Positions 24,970-37,500 of a DNA stretch of 64,000 bases are shown piece after piece. Where the stretch lies: positions 1 to 64,000 of the forward strand of contig ML002215.1 of the NCBI GenBank assembly GCA_003614675.1, in the 5' to 3' direction. Within the stretch, counting starts at the first letter, position 1. Every line of letters starts with the position of its first letter. Made by a program: the position numbers and the translations under genes. Under the pieces are notes generated by a model. The model searched no databases, was not told the origin of the DNA, and worked only from the letters and a program-made list of their open reading frames with translations. Source of the stretch: Dimargaris cristalligena. Lineage: Eukaryota.

Positions 24970-25527
24970 ATCTATAATATTGTTTAAGCATTGGTCAGTT
25001 ACGCTTATCCAGGCAGGTCTTATTAAATTGGAAATGCTCCCATAAGAAAACTAATGATTTGTAAACTGTTCAAGTCACATATCTATTTAATAGCAGTTGT
25101 CTAGATATGGCTATATTGGGCATTATCTATGTTGGAGAGCCTTAGGCCATCTGTATAGCAAAAAAACCCCGGTTTGTAGATCAGATTCTACTGGTGAATA
25201 AAACCACCCACTGCCATTACCAAGTATGCACCGTTGCATTTGTCATCGTTTTTTAGCTGGGCCGGGACTATCCCATTTCGGCATTGTCCTCAATAGCAAG
25301 ACATTATCCATCATTAAAAGCACCTTCACTTTACCGGATTTATTGGTATATTTTATCATTAATCTCGAAAGAAAAAAGTGTAGTTTGGGTAATCGGCATA
25401 TTGGTAGTGAAGTGTGTAGGCTATACGGATTAGTTATAAAATATATATATAACCTGAACAAATAGAGGTGTTATGCTCATAATCGCTACTCGCTATGAAA
25501 CCGTTGAATACTTAATAAAGCCCGAAC

Positions 25528-28500
25528 TCAGGCACTTTCTATACTAGAGTTGTAGCCATCGCTCTCAATATCGGAAGGTGATTCGGCAGCCGAGTCTTCT
25601 GTCGGCACCGATGCCAACTTGGCCAAGTAAGCAATGGTATTCTGACGATTTATATCCGCTAGGTCTAGGCCAATGGTCAAACGGTGACAGCGAGTAACGA
25701 GTTGAATAGCGGTCAGGGAATTACCGCCGAGTTGGAAAAAGGTGGCCTCCAAAACAACAGCGGAGGGCTCAATCTCGAGTATCTCGGCAATTAAGGCAAC
25801 CAGCTCCGTTTCGGTAGGGCTGAGTTCGACGGGGTTTTCGTTGCAGCGGGTGATTGTGAAATCGAACCTGGGCAGGGATCTCCGATCGACTTTACCCACT
25901 TGGGTGAGGGGAAGCTGGGCCAATTCGACCAACCCAGAGGGCACCATGTAGTGGGGTAACCGACCGCGCAGAAAGTCCAGAATACCCGCAGTCCTGCCGG
26001 CGACGGGGACTACATAGCCTACCAAGTGGGTGTCATCCTGGATCAACACCCGGGCCTGGTCTACAGCGGGATGGCGTTCCAAGGCACTCTCGACCTCCCC
26101 CAACTCCATCCGATAGCCGCGCAATTTGACCTGGAAGTCCGCACGACCGAGACATTCGACTCGACCACCCGGCAACCAACGGCCGAGATCCCCCGACCGA
26201 TAAAGCCGGCCTCCGGTAAAGGGGCATTCCATAAATTTTTCCCCGGTGAGTTCCGGTTGTTGGAGGTAGCCTCGGGCGAGCCCAAGTCCACCCAAGTAGA
26301 TTTGCCCTGTTGATCCAATGGGTACGGGACGCATATAGGAGTCCAGAATAATACTGGTGACATTGGCCATGGGCGTGCCCACGTGTATCGTGGACTCATC
26401 TACTCGCATCCGATTCCAGTGCGATAAAATGGTTGTTTCGGAGGGACCATAGGCATTGATCAGCTCCACCACTGGCCCCCAGTTTTGAGCGACTTTGACG
26501 GGCATTGGTTCACCGCATAGAATTAGTTGCTGAAGGTTGGGATAATGGCTAGGCTCGAAGCAGGCCATCAGGGACGGAACTGCAATGACCCGAGTGGCTA
26601 GCTGGAGAGCGGACTCATAATCTCCAGGGAACACTAGCGAGGTACCGCCGAATGATAGCGGGGACCAGATCTCTAGAATGGACATGTCGAAAGTCGGGGT
26701 AAGCATCGCCGGCACGACCGTGTCCGGGCCGGCAGGAAAATCGATATTGAACCCCAGCATAAAGTTGCTGAGCGACTGGTGCTCTATCATAACACCCTTA
26801 GGGGCGCCCGTTGAACCGGAAGTGTATACCACGTAGGCCAGGTTCGAAGGGGAGATGGCCGGCGATACGAATGGTGCCGATTCGCCCCTAGTTAGCAAAG
26901 GAAGGGCGTCGATTGGGATACGAGAGATATCAATGTCACTAAGGGCCGCCAAAAATTCGGCACGCCCAATGACAGCAGGACATTGGGCGTCTGCGAGAAT
27001 AAACCACATCCGGTCCAGCGGGAAGTTAGGCACCAGGCAGACGAAGGCCGAACCGGTCTTCCAGACAGCTAGCTGACTAATGACAAGCTCCAAGGATCGT
27101 TCCGCCAGTATACCAATGATCCGATCAGGGCCACAGTCGACAGACTGGGCGAGCACTTGGGCAAAATGGTCCGAGGCAGTGTCCAGCTGAGCGTAGGTAT
27201 ATCGCTCATTCCCTTCAATTAAAGCCGTGTGATTGGGGGTCAGGCGAGCCTGGTATTGGAAGATGGAGTGAATGTAATCAAGTACAAAGGGTCGGGGGTT
27301 AGCAGCAAAGGAGTGCAGTAGCTGGTGGCGTTCGGCTTCCGCAAACAGCTCGACGTCCCGGAAGGAGGCCTGGGGTCCCAAACTAACGATCGAGTTAATG
27401 GCCTGTGCAAAATGGTTGGCGAATCCGGACATGAAGGTGTCACTAAAATCCAACTGGCGGTAAGTAAGGCGGAACTTCAATTGGTCATTCTTGGTAAACG
27501 CCCCGATAGACAGGGAGTAGTCCGTGGGGTCCCAGCCCCTTTCAAGGTGAAAATGAATGGGAAGGTTGGGATCGTCCGACGTTTCAGGATAATTCTCCAA
27601 AACGAATATGGTGTTGAAGAGGGGTTTTTCGGTACTTATCCCACTCCAGCGGTGGATATCGCTTAAATGGTTATGCTCGTAATTACACATGACCGTACTG
27701 TTGGTTTGGATCGACTGTAGAACATCCGCCACCGACACGTTTCCGGCAAGTGGGACACAGCAGGGCACGGTGTTAATACACAGACCCACCATATTGGCAA
27801 TACCATCGAGGTCTACATTGCGACCCGAGACCACCGCCCCGAATACCGGGAAATCGGACCCGGTATAGCGCTGAAGAACGGCAGCTAGAGCCGCCCGAAG
27901 AACGGTCGATAGTGTGATACCTAGATCCTTCGTAAAGCGATTCAAAGCATCCAGAGGACCAACAGTGTGCTCAACGATACCGTAAAATCCATCATCATTA
28001 GGGTGGGTCCGGTTGTCGGGCCGGTGGTGGGGCTCAGTTAGCAGACTAGGGGTCTCAACGGAAGCAAACTGGCGGGCCCAGAACGATTCAGCCTCAGACT
28101 GGTCCTTGGCTAGGATATGGCCCACAAAATCTTTGAAAAGGAGGGAGTGGCTGGTGGGGGTTAGTCCTGAGTAGTACTCCAGAGCTGTCCTGAAGAGCGG
28201 TCCGTTTGACCAGCCGTCCAGAATGGCATGATGGGCCGAAACGAAGAAACGGTAGGTATTCTCAGTAATACGGAATAGGCCGAATTTAATTAATGGTAAG
28301 TGGGACGGGAAGCCAGCCGCGCGCTCGGCCTGCGTAAACTTGACATCAAGGGTAGAGATCACGCTATCCCGCCAATCACCAATGACCCACTGGGGGCTAA
28401 ATGATTTGGTGATCAGTTGGATATTGCGGTCCGCCTGGCCACCAGTACCCATAATAAACCGGGTGCGCAGGGTATTATGTATCTGGGCAGTGTCGTCCCA

Positions 28501-31500
28501 CGCTTTCTGGAACCGAGTGATATCCAAGTCACCCGTAATGGTGAAGGTCAGCTGAACAGCGTAGGCGGTGGGGTCCTGGATAGTGGCAAACAGCATACCT
28601 TCTTGAAGCGGTAGACACGGGTAAATATCCTCAATGTCATCGGCGCCGAGGTCTAGTAGGGGAAGCTCCTCCTCAATAAATTTGTTGATATCGAACTCGG
28701 GCGCGGTTCCCTTCGGTAATGTAGAACTAAGGAGGGGGAAATCCGACAAGGTCCAGAAAGGTAGGCAGTCGGGTTGCTCAAGAAGGTGCACCATGTCGGC
28801 CAAAGCCTGTTGAAATTCAGCCAATAGAGACTCAATCACACCCGATGGCACCACTTGGGGGCAATAGTGGATAGTGAATTTAAGTCCGGACGAGGTGGGG
28901 ACCCCGATAACTTCGAGTAGCTGAGGGCGCAGTTCGGCGGGATCACAGACCGCCAAATGAGAGGTAAGGTCCGGTCGAACAGTCCAGAGGGCCCGACCTC
29001 CCCGGGTTAGGGTACTCTGGTCCGTGGTGTTGCCTAGGTAGTTAAAGGCCACTTCAATCGGAGCATAGGATGAACTGGCAATCTCGGTATCCCGAGACTT
29101 ATCCAGCATATGATGCAGCCCGTATTTCAGGCCCTGGGTGCCACTCGAAGACCGACGGGCCTGTTTGGCCACTTTAAGATAATCTGCAACGGTTGTATCG
29201 CTGTTGACTTGGGCTTGACAAGGTACCAATGCGGTAAACCAACCAACGGTGCGGCTGGGGTCAAGGGTGGGTTGGAAGGGGAGGCGGCCGTGCGACTCAT
29301 TGAATATTGTAACTGTCGGGGCCTGCGATATAGAAAATAAGGCTCGGAACAAACCAGCCATCATCACTTCCAGGGGCTGGATGCCATGGGTATCAACGTG
29401 AAGTACGGCATTGGACATGGCGATGTCTAATTTAATTGACCGGGCCTGGATATTGTCTTGGTAGTTGAGTGACATAGTGTCGGGCCGAATATGGGGGAAC
29501 ATTGTTTCTAGAGGCTGGGTAGGGGGTGAGGCATCCTGGTTGGTGGTGGTTATAGTTTCCTGGGCCCATTCTGCTAGCTCAGTGGCCCAGGTGGCGAATG
29601 GTAGATGCTGCGGCACCGGTGGTTTATCTTCCAGAAGCAAGGATAAATCCTCCAAGATAATAGCCCAAGACACCAAGTCTACGACAAGGTGATGGACTGT
29701 TATAAAGAGTAAATGTTGGACATTAGCAGACTGCGATGTAATGGTCTGTGGGGTGTCATTATTTGACAGCGTAATGAGACCGGTGGCGAGAAGGTGGCCC
29801 TGGGAAATATCCAGTGACGACTGGATATCGATAAAATGATCAGTGAGGTCGGACGGGGACGCATTAAGCTCAAATACCGGGACGGGTAAACGGGCGAAGG
29901 GCGGTAGGACTCGTTGACTCCATTGGTGGGATGAACTAGTCGAGTCGCGGATAAACTGACAGCGTAACATGTCGTGGTGGTTAACTAGGCGGAGCAGGGC
30001 CGAGGATAACTGTGCGACAGATATAGGTCGGACTAACTCTAAGGCAAACGACTGATTAAAGTGATGGGGGTTAGCCCAGGGGTGATCCAAGAACCACGTT
30101 TGAATGGGCGTGAGCGGGAAGGAGGTCTGGTAGTCGATGGCATGCAATTGGCCCGCGATGCCGGCGGTCGATGTTATAGCAATCATATCCTGGACCGCAT
30201 CCTGGAGCGACTCGCGGCCCAGGAGGGCGTGGCCCGGTAAGGCATACCCCAACTGACGGCACTTGGATGAGACCTGAATTCCCGAGATGGAATCGCCACC
30301 CAACTTTACGAAGGATAGCAGCAGGTTGACCTGATTGGGGGATAGACCAAGAACCTCAATTAGAGCCTGGGTTAGAACTTTCGCCGGCTGGCTGGATGGG
30401 GACGGACCGGCGTCAGACAGCGAAATCAGCGTCCGCTGGGACGCTAAATGTTCGACAAAGTGGTTCTGAAGAAACTTGGTATCGCACTTGGAATTGACCG
30501 TGAGAGGCATAGTTGGCAGACCCACAATGTAACTCGGGATCATGTACGAGGGTAAGAGTTTGGCTAGGGCCGTGCGCAGGCGGTCTTCATTGACGGCAGT
30601 CTCCGGGATAACATAACTGACTAGGAACGAGTCGTTCACAAACACGGCACAGTCTTTCACTCCAGGCTGCCGCAACAATACACTCCGGATTTCGTCGAGT
30701 TCGATTCGGAAGCCACGTAGTTTGATTTGGCCATCGGCGCGTCCTAGGCACTCCACCTGGCCGTCAGGTAGCCAGCGACCCAGGTCACCCGAATTGTACA
30801 GCTTACCCTGGCCTGTGAAGGGATTGTCGATAAACTTGGAGGCATTAAGATCAGGCCGGTTAATATAGCCCTGGCTAACACAGACCCCGCCGATAAAAAT
30901 CTCACCAACGGTCCCAATGGGAACTAATTGGAGATTCCCATCAAGGATGTAACACTCAGTATTCGCAATGGGTCGGCCAATAGATATGCGGCTTCCAGAG
31001 ATCACTCGGCCGACATGGCTGATGATGGTAGTTTCTGATGGACCATATCCGTTATACAATTCAAGGAAGGGGGTCCACTTGGCGGCCAATTCTAAGGGTA
31101 AAGGCTCGGCCCCCACCACTAGAGCTTTTAAGTTGGGGAACTGGCTGGGTTCGAGCGGGGCAATAACGGAGAGGGGCAGCATGGCGCTCGTGATGGTTGA
31201 CAAGATATCCGGCCCCGTCTCGTTGGGGAAAACCAGGGTCATCCCATATACGAGCGGGAATAGCAAAACAAGTATACTGGCATCGAACCCCGGTGATACT
31301 TGGCAGAGAAACCGCATGCCCGGATGGCGCAGGGACGCAAATGCCTCATTAGTAATAACATTGTTTAAAGACCGGTGCTGGACCACGATCCCTTTGGGTA
31401 GGCCGGTAGTCCCCGAGGTAAACACGATGTAGGCCGTGTCATTCGGCTGAACGGTATATTCCATACTTTCGTGAGGGTGGCCATCAGGGCCCGGGGATAA

Positions 31501-34500
31501 GTTTTCAGAGTTTAATGCTTCTGACCACACTGTACTAACCCCAGTGACAGTTACCACTCGGGTACACTCGGCGATATCAACGATATACTTTTGGCGATTG
31601 TGCGGGAGTTTGTTATCCACTGGCACGTACACCGCCCTAGCACACCAAATAGCCAACATACACATAATGGTATCCGGATGACTGGTCGCCACAACACCTA
31701 CCCTGTCTCCGGGCTGTACATTAGCGAGTCTCAGGCGATTAGCCATGAGCTGAACACTCTGGGCGAGCGCTGCATATGTCTGGGTATGAACCCCAATTTC
31801 TGTGGCTACCTGTTCGGGGTTCTTCTTAGCTGTCTTAAAGAATAGCTCGAGAATATTCACATGGGGGGTCTCGGGGGGGTTGGTCAAACCCAAGGAACCG
31901 ATAGCAAAGTCCTTGAGTAGAAGTCGGGTCTCGGAGTCACTGATCAATGGTGCGGTGGGCCAGGGTTCGCACAATACTATTACAGAGTGGGCGAATAGCA
32001 CGAAATTATGGGACAGTCGGCCCGCTGTGTCAGCACTGAAAATTGAGGGATTGAACATTAGTTGACACTTCATGGCTGGTTCAGAATCAACAATGGCTAG
32101 CTGCAGATCATATGGGAACATAGTGTGGAATGGTGTCGGATAGCTCACTTGGATCCCAGAGGTAGGTTTGCTACTATATACCTTTTGGAAAGCAAAGCAC
32201 ACTCGTGAAAGGCCAGCGAGGCGACAGTGGCCAGGTAGGTCAAGACCAGCTAGCAGCTCACCAACTGGTGGCATGGGATGGGTCAAGGATCCCCCAATTT
32301 GATGAACTATAAGTTCAGTTAGTTCATGAAATTCGACTGACAGTTTCCCAGAAATTCGAACAGGCCTACGGCCCATAGATGAAGAGTCGCCTGAAATGAC
32401 CGTGTCGGAGCGATGGCCGCCGGATTCGCACATATCTATTACCAAATCATCTTGGTTCGTCAGGCGCCGTAAAAACACAGTGAAAAGGGTGAGCCAAACA
32501 TCAGAATCGCTTATTGATTTAGATGAGGACAAGTTTCGTATGGCTACAGCCAGTTGTTCTGGGATGTCGACCTTTACGTCACAACATTGGAAGGTTGGTA
32601 ATGAGGGGTGAGCATAATCGGGTGATAAACCCAATTCGGTGGGGGGATCACGGAGGAGGGTAGTCCAGTATTGGACATCGGCTTTGGTGGGTAGATGGGT
32701 GGTAATATCAGGCCTTGTGATATTATCAACACTAGGGTTGAGGGAATTGCTAGATAATTGCTGGATAAACGTCTGTACAATTCTCTCAAACAAGTACGAG
32801 TCACAGGATATTTCATGGACGCGGAGGGAAATAGTGGATACTGTTTCACTATAAGATAGCACTGCTAGCTGATATAGATCGACTTGGGTCAAGGTACCTT
32901 GGGTCACATCGAAATAGGGTACTGTTTCCTCCAAGTACGCGTCATCAAGGATGTGGGGGCCATCAATCAGATGTTCAGAAACCCCAATTTGCATATTCAG
33001 CACGGTTCGGCAAGTCAAAACCCCTTGCTCAGAAACAAAACGGCACCGCAGTTCCTCGTACTGAGCGGCAATATAGTTGATGGACCTCTGGATGTCCTCT
33101 AGCCGAAGTGGCGCAGAAGAGGAAATGAGAATGTGGTGGTGGAAGTCTACCTGGGGCTCATCTAGTTGACTAAGGGACCAGATACGTTGTTGGCGCTCGG
33201 TGGGAGCCAAGAGACGGAGGTATGGCGCTGGTTTATTGACGGTTGGATAACTATTGTGATTGCTAACTACACCAACCGCAGTGACCTTGATGCGGCCGAC
33301 GAGGTTGGTAATTATATTAGCCAAATCACAGAAGTCGGAATGTTTAACCAGGTCGCCAATAGTCAGCTGCACATCATACTTCTGACGAATGCGGAACTGC
33401 AGCTGCTCCAACTGAGCCAATGTGGCGCCCACTGTCGAGTGCACAGCCTGCGGAGAAAGTGAGTCGAATGATAGCTGAGTAGAACACAACTCATTGGTCA
33501 CAACAGTTAGCCACCATTCAGTCTCCGATAAGTTTTCGGTGGAGTGTGTCAGGTGGGCATTGAGGTAGGCTTGGACAAAAAATTGCAAACGAGACGATAG
33601 GATATCGGAAACATGCGGAAAATCGCGAGTAGAAATGATGAAGTGGGGAGTGAGGACGGCTGGAACGAGTGGGTAGACAACCCTCTCCTTTAATCGAACT
33701 ATTTCGCTTTCGGAAGCATTCGCCACTAAGACTATTACTTGGCCACCGGGAAGTAGCAAGGTTTTAGGCGACCGGGCACCCGCCTGGACGAGTACCTGTT
33801 CCAGGACTCCGAGGTGCAGCTGGCGATCGTCGATTATTACTCGCTGATGGCTGGCGCCTAGAATATGCACCATCTCATTAGAACTCCGATAGCCGAGAAC
33901 GGGTGGTCCAATTGGAGCGACTTTGTCGGCCGAATGAAGGTTGACCAGAGCCAGTCGACCAACGACGCCGGGTGGACAAGAGTGGCCACAGCCGTCCAAG
34001 ACGGCCAAGATGGTATCGCTGAAAGGCTTACCAGAACTGGGAAGACTACGTGATATTAAATGCTCGGCGGTCACCACCTGATGGCCATGTATGATGGATG
34101 CAATAAACACTAGACAAGTGTCCGATGGCCTGAGCCAATGAAGTATATCGGCCCAGGTGGGTTGAGCTAAATCGCAAAGAACTAAGCGACTTCCATCACA
34201 GGGGTCAGCATTGATGTCATCAACGGTTACAATTTGGCAGACGGACGCGGTTTCCTCTCCAGGGGCAACTAAGCTCGATGACACAATTGGTGTACCCGAC
34301 AATAAGCAGGAGAGGGCAAGCCAGGGAAACTGGGGGCTAGCCGGGGTCAGCGAGGGGTTAACAACGCACGTGTCCACTCCGTCAAAATATGATTGCATCG
34401 AATGAAGGGCATGGTGGACCAGATGGCAATGGGCAGTAGGTAGTGTACAACACTCGGACTCAGAGGCAGAAATCAGGGACAGGCCGAAGTCCATTGGATC

Positions 34501-37500
34501 GGTCATAGAGGGATGCTGGCTCAGTTCAATGACATTCTCAATGTGATAACCCGATGAGCCGACTACGCTGACTAAAACAGACTCGGCTGCTACGTATGGG
34601 CGGATGGACTCAACTAGCGATGATGGCAGCCACACAACTTGAAAAGCGCCCGAATCGATATAAGCTACCATATCGTCGACTGAATAGCTTGTCGGCAGGA
34701 TCGATAGTTTTACCCCCAATGTAATGGCCGCCACGAGACACCCCAGTAAGCATTCGATTGATTCAACAAGAGCCACAACGGAAACTAGTCGGTCCTCAAC
34801 AGCCTCCGCTGTGCGGAAGGCCAGCGAATTAGCCACCTGATTCAGTTCCAGGTAAGTCAGTGAATGGGCATCACCCTGGTAAACAACCCCGATGGGATCT
34901 TTCGTGACTGCATCATTCCATTGTTGGAATAGTGAAGAAACAGTTGGCGTATGAAGTGGCTCATTGCCATTGGCTGTGACCAATTCGTGTGGTAAAGTGG
35001 AAATTGGTGAATCGAGGGACAACTGGTCAACCGTGCAATCAGGAAGTGCCGCCATAATTTGCCCTAGAACTATTTGAACCATATCTACGAGCTGATCAAT
35101 GGAGACATCGGAATACGTACTCCTACTATAACTCACCTTGGCCTCGACGCAAGTGGTACGCTCAATAAAATTGATGGCTAGCTGGTACTCAGTAAGTTCG
35201 TCTATACCCATGTTAGACATGACTAGCGTATGCAAAGGATTAGTGACTGGGTCAGGAAAATGTTCCGAGCCAACCAATGTGTGGAATAGTGGTCGTCGGC
35301 GACCCGAGGCCACCCATTTGGTAATATCAGTCAGCTGTGTATGCTCAAATGAGATCATAGCAATCTGGGCCTGGTGAATCGATTTCAACCATGACTCCAG
35401 GGGAGACCGATCCAGTCGTACCCGGAACGGCACGGTGTTGGCGCAGGGTCCAATGACCTGCTCTATCCCGGGAATTTCAAGGTTGCGTCCGGCCACCGTA
35501 ATGCCAAATACCACATCATCTTGGTCAAGAAGGCGACTTAGTACCACCGCGTAGGCGGCCCGGAGTAAAACTGATAACGAGATACCGTATTTCTGTGCAG
35601 CTTGAATCAACCGACCCTTGGGAAGTTTGAGAATAGTAGCTTGGGTTGTAAAACCAGACTGCCCGCAATAATCCGGTTGAAGTAGGGGTGCGGGAGTGAT
35701 TGGTGCATTCAATAGATATTCGGTCCAAAAAGTTTGAGCGACAGTGGTTTCAAAGCGTTGAACGTGGTCCACCATATCAGTAAAACTGGCACCCGGTACT
35801 AGGGACACCATAGAAGATTGGTGGTAGGCGTCCATCCATGCCTGAAGCAGCAGGGGAAGCGACCACCCGTCGATGAGGGAATGGTGGATGGTGATGACGA
35901 CATGGTGGACCTGGTCATCGGCGGTAGGGAATACAAAGTTTCGGATCATGATGTCCTTTAGGGTGAAGCCGCGTTGACGGTTCGACCTGAAAAACTCATC
36001 GAGTGAGAACAGTGGGCGGTCCTGAATGGTCCAGACGTTCGGGCTGGGTTGCAAGACCACTTGGATAAAGCCCCGGGACTGCTTAGCCGAAGACTCGAAG
36101 AAGATGGTGCGCAGAGGAGCATGTTGTTCGGCGACGGAATCCCAAGCCCGGACCAGGCGATCGAGATCCAGGGGGCCCATAATTTTTAAGGCCGCTTGAA
36201 GCAGATATGAGGAGGGATTGGTGGATACCCCAGTCAATAAGCCACTCTGGAGAGCAATGCACGGTAGCAACTCTTCCAGCTGGCTCAATGGGATGTGCCG
36301 CCGATTAAGTTCGCCAACGATGTCTTGAAACTCGGAACTGGACAGTTGCAAGTGAGCAAAATCGAATTGGGTAAGAAGGGGTTCGGCGTATAGCGGCTGG
36401 GCCCGTTTGGTTACATCAGCTAGCTCGGCTAGATTGTGGCGCCAGCCAGCCATCACCTGGTCGATTACGATCCGTGAATATACCCGGGGATTGTACTCGA
36501 TAACTAACCTTAGGCAGTCGCCTACAATCGTGGGCATTGGGTTAATATCGAAAATAACGTGGTCATCGGGAGCAAAATCGTGTAAACCAAAGTAATCCGA
36601 CCACTCGATGGATAGGGGGTCATCCGAGGAACTATTGTTGGCATCATTGTTAAAACGGCCAAAGTAATTGAACTGGACGTCCAGTCGGGCGGGGGTCTTG
36701 GCCTGCAGTTTGGCTCGCTCTTCCGCTGGGACTCCGGGCATGTATTTGAGTAGCGCATAGGGGAACCCCTTGCCGGGGATCTGCTGCAATGCCTCTTTAG
36801 TATGGCGCAGAAATTCCAGCAGGGACTGGCCCGGACGGGTGTGGAGTACCAGGGGGTACAGGGCAGTGAACCAACCGACAGTACGGGTGATGTCCTGCTG
36901 GGCGGACCAAGGTTCACGACCGTGGCCCTCCATACAGAGGGAGACTTGTTGAAGACCAACCGTATGGGCAAAGGTCTGGGTAAAGGTGGCTAAGAGAAGA
37001 TCCCTGGGGGTGACTCGCCACTGTGGGGCCAACTGGAAGAGCAAGGCGTCGGTGAATTCTTGATTAAACTCCAGGGAGGTGGAGATACGGGCGGACGACG
37101 TGTCGCCATCGTCGACTTCCGGCGGAGGAAGCAAAGTAATAATGTCCTGAATCGGATTACCAGGATTCACTTGTGTGGGCCAGACATCTGCCGAGAGACG
37201 GCCGGCGTAGTCACCTAATTGGGCCGCCCATGCTTGGAAGGGCAAGGTTTTGGGCGGCAGTGGGTCACCCCGCAAAAGGGTGTTAAGGTCTTCAATCAGG
37301 ATGCGCCACGAGATCAGGTCCACCAGAGCATGGTGGATAGTGATAAATAGGCGAGTATCACTGGGGGTCGTGGGATGGTAGATTAGGGCGGCAGCTAAAA
37401 CGGGCCCGGTCGTCAAATTAAGCCTGGATTGTACGTTCAAGATGAAATCCGGATAGTCTACTGGGGCTACACTATCCTCGGTGAGAAATATATCGACAGG

